64,000 nt of DNA, taken from positions 181 through 64,180 of IMG/VR virus record IMGVR_UViG_3300043436_003602. One strand, given 5' to 3'. Source of the stretch: a virus (taxonomy: Duplodnaviria > Caudoviricetes). Within the stretch, counting starts at the first letter, position 1; the number at the start of each line of letters is the position of its first letter. The translations under genes and the position numbers were made by a program. The notes beneath the pieces are model-generated. The model was not told the origin of the DNA, did no database searches, and was given only the letters and a program-made list of their open reading frames with translations. Shown here in pieces: positions 8,284 through 17,130 of the stretch.

Positions 8284-9116
8284 TGAAGAGCGAGTGGGTT
8301 CAAGCCGTCCTGAAGATGAGTCATCGAAAGGCTGATCTATATTCGGGATGCAGGAAGATCATTCAGGGTAAATCGATCCTGTTCCACGACCTGTGGGATA
8401 GCGAAGACCCCCTCGTCCTGGAGGATGCGGGCTATACCAGAAGCAAGCTCGCTCACCTGGTTCGGGGATACGTGCATGAGGAGTCGATTGAAGCGGCATT
8501 GATGCTGTGGAAGTTGAGGAGGCAGAAAACCTCCTACGGCTCTGTGGGTTTCACCTGCTACAATCACTTCCTCAAGAACGACGCGGTGAAGAAGTCGAAG
8601 CGCGCCTCTGTCATGGGACCGTGCATCCAGGCTATCACAATAACCCAAGTAAAAGGCGGTAAGAAAGGACAGTACTTCATCGACTGTTTCTACCGCACGA
8701 CCGAGCTGCTCAAGAAGTTTCCCGCCGACCTGGTCTTCATCCGCGATGTCCTGCTCAAGGACTTCGACTTTAGCGGTATGGAGTTTCTGGGGATGCGGTG
8801 TCACTTCGCTAACATCACGGTCCACCCCGCTTACTTTGCGACGGTGATCCCGCACCTAGAAGACCCGATTGCTGAACTTGAAAAGCTCAAGAAGAAGGAT
8901 CGGTATTTCTACGACTGGTGTATCAAGTGGACCGCCCGCTACTTGTGCGAGGAACATCATCGCGGTATTGCCAAACACGCCCAGTCGCAGAGAGTGAAGG
9001 TCGATGCTGAAAAGCGCATCAAGGGTAAGCTTCGCCGCAAACTGATTGACTACTTGAGAGCCAACCACCCGGGTCATACCCGAGGCTATGAAGAACCTGA
9101 AGGAGATGAAGAATGA
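8283..9116 (+). CDS. divergent ThyA-fold protein (paralogue A)
   Basis: GPC, YRTTELLKKFPAD and HFANITVH align in order with the TS PC, RSxD...N/D and GxxH motifs. Confidence 0.6.
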   Translation: MKSEWVQAVLKMSHRKADLYSGCRKIIQGKSILFHDLWDSEDPLVLEDAGYTRSKLAHLVRGYVHEESIEAALMLWKLRRQKTSYGSVGFTCYNHFLKNDAVKKSKRASVMGPCIQAITITQVKGGKKGQYFIDCFYRTTELLKKFPADLVFIRDVLLKDFDFSGMEFLGMRCHFANITVHPAYFATVIPHLEDPIAELEKLKKKDRYFYDWCIKWTARYLCEEHHRGIAKHAQSQRVKVDAEKRIKGKLRRKLIDYLRANHPGHTRGYEEPEGDEE

Positions 9117-9955
9117 TGTATCGAGATTTTGAAGCCGCCATTGAAGACGTCCGGGCTCGCCTAAAAGGCGGTGGTGAGATCGTCCACAGTCGGCGCTGGC
9201 AGGGCGTTGAGATTGCGGCTAATCCCAATATGGCATGCCTCGAGGTAACTCACCTGCACCTCGAAATCCCCATGGATGGTTACGAAGAAGACCTCGAGGC
9301 TTACGCTCGGCATATTGGGCCTGACCTCCCCTGGGCTGACAATCACTTCGAGGAACGGGTAAGTGGCTACCCGATCAATCCGGGCACGGAGTTCAAGCAC
9401 TGGCCCTGGAACAAAGGCCGAGGCGCCGAGTCGTTCCTCGACCGTCGGGGCAAGTTCAATCATAACTACATGGAGCGGTATTGGCCGAAGCAGGCTCACG
9501 TTATCGCGGAGCCGACTTCTTCGCGCTCAGACTATCGGTCGCGTTATCGGGACTATTTCCAGACGGGCAAGGTCACAACCATGAAGGGCATCGTGTATGA
9601 GTATGGCGACCTTCGAGACGTGGTGGACCTGATGATCGATGATCCGCTGACGCGGCAGGCCTACTTGCCTGTGTGGTTCCCCGAGGACACCGGCGGCGGT
9701 GAGAAGCGAGCACCCTGCACCCTCGGCTATCACTTCATGATGCGGAATGACCGTCTCTCGATCAACTACCATATTCGCAGCTGTGACTTCGTCAAGCACC
9801 TCCGCAACGATCTTTACTTGACGGCTCGCCTCGTCATCTGGATGCTGCATCAGCTCCGGTCGCGTGATCCTCGGTGGAAGGACGTGAAGGTGGGCGACTT
9901 CGTCATGCAGATTGGCTCCCTGCATTCCTTCAAGCCGGATTGGGAGTTGATCTGA
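9113..9955 (+). CDS. ThyA-fold pyrimidine-modifying enzyme, dCMP hydroxymethylase-like (paralogue B)
   Basis: TRQAY, APC, RSCDFVKHLRND, IGSLH; Asp at the position of E. coli TS Asn177. Confidence 0.85.
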   Translation: MMYRDFEAAIEDVRARLKGGGEIVHSRRWQGVEIAANPNMACLEVTHLHLEIPMDGYEEDLEAYARHIGPDLPWADNHFEERVSGYPINPGTEFKHWPWNKGRGAESFLDRRGKFNHNYMERYWPKQAHVIAEPTSSRSDYRSRYRDYFQTGKVTTMKGIVYEYGDLRDVVDLMIDDPLTRQAYLPVWFPEDTGGGEKRAPCTLGYHFMMRNDRLSINYHIRSCDFVKHLRNDLYLTARLVIWMLHQLRSRDPRWKDVKVGDFVMQIGSLHSFKPDWELI

Positions 9956-10155
9956 TGCAGATTAACACCCTTTTCGACATCGGGGATCAGGTAACCATCG
10001 ACCGCGACGATAGCGGAGTGATTGTGGGTCTAATCTTGGCGGTTAACACTCGCGGAACGGGCCTCAACGTCACCTATGACGTAGCCTGGTTCCACAACGG
10101 GCAGTCCTGCTCGGCCTGGATCGAGGAATGGAGGCTGAACAAATGGGGAGAATAA
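9955..10155 (+). CDS. small beta-barrel (SH3-like) hypothetical protein
   Basis: TGATG-coupled 66-aa ORF with FDIGDQV...YDV pattern. Confidence 0.6.
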   Translation: MQINTLFDIGDQVTIDRDDSGVIVGLILAVNTRGTGLNVTYDVAWFHNGQSCSAWIEEWRLNKWGE

Positions 10156-10640
10156 GCAGAGAGCAAATGTTCATGGACATGGCTCGGGCGGCATCACGCC
10201 GCTCGACCTGTTTCCGTTTGAACGTCGGCGCAATCGTCATCCAGGGGAACAACCCCATAGCGGTTGGCTACAATGGTCATGAGCCCGGCGCGCCTCACTG
10301 CGCGGGAAACTCTTGCCCCGGTGTAGTGCCCGGTAAATGCGGAACCCGTCACGCCGAGGTTAATGCTTTGGAAAAGGCAAAGACCCTCCTGCTCGGCCGG
10401 CACCGCAAGCCCGTGGACCTGTACTGCACAGATAGCCCGTGTAGTGCTTGCGTCGACTATATCATCCGCGAACGGGATAAGGGGATGACCGGTATCCAGG
10501 TTGACCGCATCTTCTATGAAACACCCTATCGTGATACCAGTCACCTTAGTCGACTTCATGGAGTGATAGAAGTTTACTTGGTGACACCGGCAGGATATGT
10601 TGTCGATAACTTCTCTCGGCGCGTAGTGGTGACTCAATGA
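10143..10640 (+). CDS. dCMP deaminase family protein
   Basis: RSTC...VGA...GYNG, HAE and SPCxxC zinc motifs. Confidence 0.9.
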   Translation: MGRISREQMFMDMARAASRRSTCFRLNVGAIVIQGNNPIAVGYNGHEPGAPHCAGNSCPGVVPGKCGTRHAEVNALEKAKTLLLGRHRKPVDLYCTDSPCSACVDYIIRERDKGMTGIQVDRIFYETPYRDTSHLSRLHGVIEVYLVTPAGYVVDNFSRRVVVTQ

Positions 10641-13216
10641 GCAAACGACAAGTAATGATCATCGGGGAACAGCCCCAGATCAATCCTCGCGCCAAGTCTA
10701 TATTGATGGATGCTCTAAACCAGGCGGGCTTCGAAGAGCGAGACTTTCGGTGGATAAACGTCCTCGAAGAAGGCCCGCCTGAGGGTAAAAACGTCACCAA
10801 GACCATGATTAAGAATGCCAAGGAAAAGCTCCTGGCAAAGATCGATAAGCGAGACCCTCGGTATGTCGTCCTTCTTGGAAATACTCCGTGTCAGGCTGTC
10901 CTTGACCGAGCCGGTATCAGGAAGCTCAGGGGCAAGCCGCTCGAACACCAGAAAAGGGTCGTCCTCCCGATCCTCCATCCGAACCAGGCGCTCCATGATG
11001 ATAAGTGGATCGACATCATCGAGTCCGACCTCCAGCGACTGAGGGAGTGCGTCGACTTCGGTGGCATTCCTGAAGAGCGTGAGCTGGACTACCATATCGT
11101 GGACACCTGGGACAAGGTGAAAGCGATGCTCAGGGACATACGGGGCACTGTCGCTATCGACTTGGAGTGCACCCGCCTTTACCCCTTCACTACACAGCTT
11201 GACGAGCTTGTTGCTTCCGGACGGGCTTCACAGGATGCCATCAAAGAACACCGAGCCACCCACAGCGGTAACCAGCCCGCTGTCGTGGCTATGCAGTTCG
11301 GCTGTCGCAAGCGTCAATGGGTAGTCCCGATGGAAACCGCGGGCGTCTGGTCACGCCATGAGCTCGAGAAGATCGTAAAGCTCGCAACTCGAAAGCTCAA
11401 GGATTGCTTCACAGTATTCCACAATGGCAAGTTCGACTGCCTGTGGATGCTGGTTCGTTTCGGCGTCAAGTGGACAGTCGACTTTGATACGATGCTCGCC
11501 CACTACTTGGTGGATGAGAATGACTTTCATGGACTGAAATACCTCGCGCAGAAGTTTATCGGTGCACCCGACTGGGACGTTGAAGGTAAGGAAAAGACTG
11601 CTTGGTCACCAAAGAATGCCAAATATGCAGCCCATGACGTTTACTATACCCGGAAGCTGAGGCTCATCCTCAAGAAGATGCTCGAGGAGGACCATGATGT
11701 TAAGCGGGTCCATGACTGGATCATGATCCCGTGCATCAAGTTATTCATTGAAGCTGAGTTTACGGGTATCCAAATCGATCTCGACAAGATGGACGATGCG
11801 GAAAACTACCTGCGCGAGGAATTAGCCACCGCACTCGGTAACCTCGAGAAGTGGGGCAAGGAAGCGTCCAAGGTTGACAAGAAGACCGGCAAGATCAACT
11901 GGGGCAGTCCCGATCAACTGGGCAACCTCTTATTTGTAGACCTTAAGATCAAGTCTGTCGAAAAGACCAAAGCCGGCAAGGAGAGCGTCAGTGAGTCCGT
12001 TCTCAATCGTATCGACCATCCGATGGTCGGCGACCTTCTCAAGTTTAGGGCTGCACAGAAGCAACTCTCCGGTTTCATCGAGGGATGGAAACCTTACCTT
12101 GATCTTAACGGACGGCTGCATCCAGTATTCAAATTGCACGGTACCGTTACCGGTCGGCTTTCTTGTGAGCATCCCAATCTACAGCAGGTTCCCCGAGACC
12201 CCCGTATTAGAACACTCATTACTGCTCCCGATGGTTGGGAGCTTATCGAAATGGATCTCTCTCAGATCGAGCTCAGGATCGCTGCCGAGTTGGCGGATGA
12301 GCACAATCTACTGGGAGTCTTCAATTCAGGAGGTGACCCTCACTGGCAGACTGCTATTCGAGAAATCGAGCGAGGAGCAGGATACAAGAGGGAAATACGA
12401 CAAACCATAAAATTCCACCACGAGCTCGAGGGTAAAGAATATGTGAAGATGAATTACAGCGAAGCCATCGAGTATATCCTTGAGTTAGGGGGTAAGGCTT
12501 GCGAAGGCTTGATGGACATGTGGGAACAAACATACCCCGGCGTCGAGTTCATGAACTGGAAGGAGACACGTAAGAAAGCAAAGGCGATCAACTTCGGGTA
12601 TCTCTACGGCATGTGGTGGAAGAAGTTTAAGATATATGCCCGAGATAACTACGGTGTCAACGTCACAGATGATGAGGCACAGGCATCCCGTGAAGCCTTC
12701 TTCGAGCTGTATCCTGGGTTCCCAAAGTGGCACGAGCGTCAGCGTAGGTTCGCACAGGTCAACGGTTACGTTCGCTCACTCAGCGGGCGCAAACGTCGAC
12801 TACCGGCTGCTGCGACCGGTCGTGATACGCCTGAGAGGCGCGAAGCACAGCGCCAGGCGATCAACTCGCCGGTGCAGTCGTTCGCCAACGAGCTGAACCT
12901 GATGGCGGCGATCCAGATGCGTAAAGAATTCCACAAGTCGTGGTTCCGTATTGTCGGCACTGTGCATGACGCCATCCTTATGTGGGTTCGCAAAGATAAG
13001 GTGGAGCACGTATTTAACCGGGGGCTCGAGATCATGAGTCATCCCGAGTTGCTCGATGACTTCGAGATCGAGATGAGTGTTCCGATTGAAGCAGATGGTA
13101 AGGTTGGCCCTTGGGGCGCAGGAAAGGACTTAGGAAAATGGTTAAAAGCTCAAAACGACAACTCATCATCGACCCCAAGCACGGACAAGGGTTTGCGGCG
13201 AAAAAGAGTGGTGTAG
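10637..13216 (+). CDS. polA: family A DNA polymerase with N-terminal UDG-like domain and 3'-5' exonuclease
   Basis: IDLE/HNGKFD/YAAHD exonuclease motifs; TGRLS, DLSQIELR, KAINFG, VHD polymerase motifs; N-terminal GEQP...LLG...LHP. Confidence 0.95.
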   Translation: MSKRQVMIIGEQPQINPRAKSILMDALNQAGFEERDFRWINVLEEGPPEGKNVTKTMIKNAKEKLLAKIDKRDPRYVVLLGNTPCQAVLDRAGIRKLRGKPLEHQKRVVLPILHPNQALHDDKWIDIIESDLQRLRECVDFGGIPEERELDYHIVDTWDKVKAMLRDIRGTVAIDLECTRLYPFTTQLDELVASGRASQDAIKEHRATHSGNQPAVVAMQFGCRKRQWVVPMETAGVWSRHELEKIVKLATRKLKDCFTVFHNGKFDCLWMLVRFGVKWTVDFDTMLAHYLVDENDFHGLKYLAQKFIGAPDWDVEGKEKTAWSPKNAKYAAHDVYYTRKLRLILKKMLEEDHDVKRVHDWIMIPCIKLFIEAEFTGIQIDLDKMDDAENYLREELATALGNLEKWGKEASKVDKKTGKINWGSPDQLGNLLFVDLKIKSVEKTKAGKESVSESVLNRIDHPMVGDLLKFRAAQKQLSGFIEGWKPYLDLNGRLHPVFKLHGTVTGRLSCEHPNLQQVPRDPRIRTLITAPDGWELIEMDLSQIELRIAAELADEHNLLGVFNSGGDPHWQTAIREIERGAGYKREIRQTIKFHHELEGKEYVKMNYSEAIEYILELGGKACEGLMDMWEQTYPGVEFMNWKETRKKAKAINFGYLYGMWWKKFKIYARDNYGVNVTDDEAQASREAFFELYPGFPKWHERQRRFAQVNGYVRSLSGRKRRLPAAATGRDTPERREAQRQAINSPVQSFANELNLMAAIQMRKEFHKSWFRIVGTVHDAILMWVRKDKVEHVFNRGLEIMSHPELLDDFEIEMSVPIEADGKVGPWGAGKDLGKWLKAQNDNSSSTPSTDKGLRRKRVV

Positions 13217-14235
13217 CGCCGGCCCATGACCACAGCGCCGTCCTTACGGGTGACGGTCAGATTAACGTCAGCCAGTCAAAGGTGAAGACCTGGCGGCAGT
13301 GCCGTCGGCAATACCATAACAAGTTCGTCTTGATGCTTCAGAAAAAGAAGATCAAGCGACCCTTTATGTTTGGTCGGATTGTTCACGAGATTATCGAGGC
13401 GGACCTTGAAGGCCATGACTGGGAAGAGGTCCTCAATAAGGTTGAGCTCGACAACAAAAAGCTGTTCCGAAAAGAGATCGAGATGTATGGCAACATCATC
13501 GCGGACATTCGGGACATCATGACCGACTACTTCATCTTTTGGGATGGCACATTTAAGCCGATGAAGCATGATGGTCGCCGGAGCGAGTTCGAGTTTCGCA
13601 TTGAACTGGACGACGCTCTCTGGTTTACCGGCAAGATCGACGCGGTCGGTAAAGCGAAAGCGATGAAGTGGCTGGTTGAGCACAAGACGTTTAATCGGAT
13701 GCCGAGCGAGGATGATCGATGGAGGTCAGTCCAAGCGGCTGTATACTTCAAGGCTCTCGAGGAGATGGGCTTCCCGAGCATCGACGGGGTTATGTGGGAC
13801 TACGTGTCCAGCAAGCCATTGAACGTCCCGGGTGAGCTTACAAAAGCAGGCAAGGTTTCCCAGGCTCGGATCGACTCTACCCCCTCAAGGATCAAGCGGT
13901 GGCTCAAGGAGGAGGGGCTGAAGCGAAGGGATAACCAGAAGCTGCTGACCGATGCCGAGGCTAATCTCCGCAATCGGTTTATCCGGGTCTATAGTCCGGT
14001 CAAGCGCCGGATTGTAGATAACATCTGGGACGACTTTGTGGACACCGCGCGAGAAATCCAAGAGTTCCACGGTCGCAAGAAGGATCAGAACATCGGCCGG
14101 CACTGCACCTGGTGCGACTATCAGCCTCTGTGCAAGGCCGAGGCTACCGGAGCAGATGTCGACTGGATCATTAACCGAGAGTACCAGACCGAAAACACCT
14201 CACATAAGCGGGATGAGGACCGAGCGGAGGATTAA
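13138..14235 (+). CDS. PD-(D/E)XK RecB/Cas4-like exonuclease
   Basis: SQS...C, G...H, GKID...EHK, QxxxY, CxxCDY...C. Confidence 0.85.
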   Translation: MVKSSKRQLIIDPKHGQGFAAKKSGVAPAHDHSAVLTGDGQINVSQSKVKTWRQCRRQYHNKFVLMLQKKKIKRPFMFGRIVHEIIEADLEGHDWEEVLNKVELDNKKLFRKEIEMYGNIIADIRDIMTDYFIFWDGTFKPMKHDGRRSEFEFRIELDDALWFTGKIDAVGKAKAMKWLVEHKTFNRMPSEDDRWRSVQAAVYFKALEEMGFPSIDGVMWDYVSSKPLNVPGELTKAGKVSQARIDSTPSRIKRWLKEEGLKRRDNQKLLTDAEANLRNRFIRVYSPVKRRIVDNIWDDFVDTAREIQEFHGRKKDQNIGRHCTWCDYQPLCKAEATGADVDWIINREYQTENTSHKRDEDRAED

Positions 14236-14242
14236 ATGACGG

Positions 14243-14271
14243 TTGCAGGGCACTCGCTTCCGTGATATACA
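14243..14271 (+). promoter_or_regulatory. sigma70-type promoter
   Basis: TTGCAG-17-TATACA upstream of ATPase gene. Confidence 0.5.
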
Positions 14272-14299
14272 AGCAAACCTGAGCAAAGGATCACTAACC

Positions 14300-15130
14300 A
14301 TGGCGACAGAAGTTCGTAAAAAAGACAGAGGAGGGAGGGCACCCGGCGCTAAGCCCATCTCCGAAGTCAAGCACCACGGCAGCACCGCCCTCTACGGCAG
14401 GAGCTCCACAGGTAAGACCACCCTGGCGTCTACCTACCCCAAGCCGATCCTCTACTTCAACATTCGTGACAACGGGACTGACAGCATCAGTGACGTTGAA
14501 GACATCGACGTGGTGGAGATCGAGACCTCGGATGAGTTGAAGGAGCAAATCCTCTGGCTCCACAAACAGGCCGAGCGCGGGAAGCTGATCTATAAGACCG
14601 TTGTGCTCGACACCATGACACAGCTTCAGGGCATCCTTGTCGAAGAGATGGGGGCCAAGAAAAAGCTCAAAGGCAGCAAACGTGCTGGTGACTTCGGCAC
14701 TCTTCACAAGCAGGACTGGGGGGCTATCGCCGGCGACCTCAAAGCGGTCATCATGGACATTCGTAACCTGCCCGTCGAGTCCGTGTTTATTGCTCAGGAG
14801 CGTATCTTCAACGCAGGTGATGAGGAAGACGACGGGATTGATCAGCTGGCTCCCGAGGTTGGTACTCGGTTGATGCCGTCGGTTAATTCCGACCTGTGCG
14901 CCTCAGTTTCAGTTATCGGGAACACCTTTATCAAGGTCAAGGTGACCAAGGAAAAGGACCCGAAGACCAAGAAAACGGTCAAGCGTATCGAAAAGATTTA
15001 CTGTTTGAGGTTGGGCCCCAACGAGGTCTACACCACAAAAATCCGGAAGCCCAAAGGGATCGAGGCCCCGGATTATATCGTCGATCCCACCTTCCGGAAG
15101 ATCAAGAAAATTATGAAAGGAATTGAATGA
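14300..15130 (+). CDS. AAA_24 / Sak4-like ATPase (recombination)
   Basis: YGRSSTGKTT, VVLDT, FIAQE; located between exonuclease and SSB. Confidence 0.85.
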   Translation: MATEVRKKDRGGRAPGAKPISEVKHHGSTALYGRSSTGKTTLASTYPKPILYFNIRDNGTDSISDVEDIDVVEIETSDELKEQILWLHKQAERGKLIYKTVVLDTMTQLQGILVEEMGAKKKLKGSKRAGDFGTLHKQDWGAIAGDLKAVIMDIRNLPVESVFIAQERIFNAGDEEDDGIDQLAPEVGTRLMPSVNSDLCASVSVIGNTFIKVKVTKEKDPKTKKTVKRIEKIYCLRLGPNEVYTTKIRKPKGIEAPDYIVDPTFRKIKKIMKGIE

Positions 15131-15996
15131 TGGCGCGTAGCCGAAAAAAGACCTCCTCGGTGAAGGTCAACTTCAAGGGAGTCGAGAGTCGCAAGACTCC
15201 GCCCGAGGGCGATTATGTGATGAAGGTCCTCGAGGCCAAGTCCGACAGGGGCCCCTCGGGTGACATGATCGCCTTCGTCTGCGAAATCACTAAAGGCGAA
15301 TACAAGGGTGTCAAGGGCTACCTGTATTGCCCGCTGACCGAGAACAGTCTGTGGAAGCTTCACGCATTCCTGACCGCGCTCGGCGAAGAGGTTCCCGAGG
15401 ACGAGATGGAAATCGACCTGCCCGAGCTGATCGACAAGGAGTTCGTGGGTGTCATGACCCATGAAATCTACAACGGCAAGAAGCGCGCCAAGTTGACCGA
15501 CTTCGACAGCCTCGACAACTACGACGGCGAAGATACCGACGAGGACGAGGATGAAGATGAGGACGACGCGCCCAAGAAGGGCAAGAAGTCCAAGTCGAAG
15601 GGCAAGCCGGCGAAGGGCAAGAAGTCGAAGTCCGATGATGACGACGAGGATGAAGATGAGGACGAAGACGATGAGGACGAAAAGTCGTCCAAAAAGTCCA
15701 AGAAGTCCAAGTCGAAGAAGTCTTCCAAGAAAGACGATGACGATGACGAGGACGACGAGGATGATGAGCCCAAGTCCAAGAAGGGCAAGGGCAAACCCGC
15801 GAAGAAGTCCAAGAAGAAGACCTGGTCGACCGATGATGTCGAGGACATGGACGAGGACGAACTCGAGGAGCTGCTCGAGGAAGCCGGCCTGGACGACGAA
15901 GTCGACCTCGACGACTACAAGAACCTGAAGAAGAAGGTCGCCGCGGTGCTCGAAGCACTCGAGGAGGCCGACCTTCTCGAAGACGACGACGACTGA
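15127..15996 (+). CDS. DUF669-like ssDNA-binding protein with long acidic/basic tail
   Basis: PEGDY...LWKL...HEIYNGK OB-fold pattern followed by alternating D/E and K/S blocks. Confidence 0.75.
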   Translation: MMARSRKKTSSVKVNFKGVESRKTPPEGDYVMKVLEAKSDRGPSGDMIAFVCEITKGEYKGVKGYLYCPLTENSLWKLHAFLTALGEEVPEDEMEIDLPELIDKEFVGVMTHEIYNGKKRAKLTDFDSLDNYDGEDTDEDEDEDEDDAPKKGKKSKSKGKPAKGKKSKSDDDDEDEDEDEDDEDEKSSKKSKKSKSKKSSKKDDDDDEDDEDDEPKSKKGKGKPAKKSKKKTWSTDDVEDMDEDELEELLEEAGLDDEVDLDDYKNLKKKVAAVLEALEEADLLEDDDD

Positions 15997-16022
15997 TCCC
16001 GTCGGGTCGCCCTGGACGGGAG

Positions 16023-16056
16023 GGGCGGCTCGAGCAATCGGGTCGCCCTTTCTTTT
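16023..16056 (+). terminator. Rho-independent terminator
   Basis: GGGCGGCTCGA-GCAA-TCGGGTCGCCC followed by TTTCTTTT. Confidence 0.75.
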
Positions 16057-16071
16057 AGCTGGAGGAATACT

Positions 16072-16275
16072 ATGGCTTGGATGAAAATCTCAGAACCCCT
16101 GATGGTTAAACTGCTGGAATTACCTGAGGGCACGTCTCTCGGTTGTGATCCTTCCGGCAATATGGATATTGAGGTATTTCACCCCGATATACCGAAGGAC
16201 GCAAAGAACGTACTGCCCACCTGGGTCAAGGAGGGAGATACCATGAAGTTCCTGGGATTTAAGGTTATCGACTAA
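16072..16275 (+). CDS. hypothetical protein
   Basis: GGAGG RBS; TAATG coupling to next gene. Confidence 0.7.
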   Translation: MAWMKISEPLMVKLLELPEGTSLGCDPSGNMDIEVFHPDIPKDAKNVLPTWVKEGDTMKFLGFKVID

Positions 16276-16700
16276 TGCCCTACGCCTCTGTGGATATCAA
16301 GAAGAAAAGCCAGGCTTCACGGTATCGTCGCGTTAAAGCGGCAAGTCCACAGAGGTGGTGGATTTACAACCTGCGCAGCAAATGCAAGAAGCAGGGCCTC
16401 GAGTTTGACATCGAGGAGGATGACCTGGTTGTACCAGCGCACTGCCCGGTACTCGGTATTCCGCTGCTCTGGGAAGGCTCTCGGGATAACTTACCGTCGG
16501 TTGATCGCGTCAACAATGATCGCGGTTACGTCAAGGGCAATGTCGAAGTCATCAGCTGGCGCGCCAACTGGCTTAAGGCAAACGCGACAGTCGAAGAGAT
16601 GAAAAGGATGGCGGCCTACTATGAGCAAAAAAGCCGAGACGCGCATACAGCAGCGGATAAGAAAGGCTCTTCTAAAAGAGGTCGGAGGAAAGTGGTTTAA
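16275..16700 (+). CDS. HNH-like endonuclease
   Basis: CPVLG...SVDRVNNDRGYVKGNV...AN..K. Confidence 0.75.
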   Translation: MPYASVDIKKKSQASRYRRVKAASPQRWWIYNLRSKCKKQGLEFDIEEDDLVVPAHCPVLGIPLLWEGSRDNLPSVDRVNNDRGYVKGNVEVISWRANWLKANATVEEMKRMAAYYEQKSRDAHTAADKKGSSKRGRRKVV

Positions 16701-17130
16701 GGTTCATGGGTCAGCCTTTCAAGAAAGTGGCCAGCCAGACATCATTGGGTGCGTCGATGGGCAGTTCTACGGATTTGAGGTTAAAGTGCCGCTCAAAGGA
16801 AAGCCTAGCGAGCTTCAACTCGAGACTCTCGCTGAATGGCGTGAACAGGGAGCTATCGCTTGTATCGTGGAAAGCCCTTCACAAGCAGTCGCCTTGGTTA
16901 AAGCTGCTCAAGCCACACCAGAAAAGAGGCGTCGAGGCAATCGTCTCTACCGATGGATTTGCCGCACTCTTCGCGCAACGCACGGGGAAGACATGGGTTA
17001 CGGGCGCAGTGCTAGAGGTGGAAAGACTAAGCACCCTAGACGTACTCCTCGTTGGGCCAAAGACCAATTTGAAAAGCACATGGGTAAAGTTCTTCCAAGA
17101 GAAGCTGCCCCACTATCGTGTGTGCCTTAG
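16621..17130 (+). CDS. VRR-NUC domain nuclease
   Basis: ETRIQ...GQPDII...FEVK...SELQ; the domain ends near residue 95 but the ORF runs on. Confidence 0.8.
   Translation: MSKKAETRIQQRIRKALLKEVGGKWFKVHGSAFQESGQPDIIGCVDGQFYGFEVKVPLKGKPSELQLETLAEWREQGAIACIVESPSQAVALVKAAQATPEKRRRGNRLYRWICRTLRATHGEDMGYGRSARGGKTKHPRRTPRWAKDQFEKHMGKVLPREAAPLSCVP

Noticed and set aside
12355-12570. Insertion between PolA motifs A and B, considered as an intein or intron
   Set aside because: Only about 50-70 aa, frame intact, and no intein terminal (C/S...HN) or homing-endonuclease motifs.
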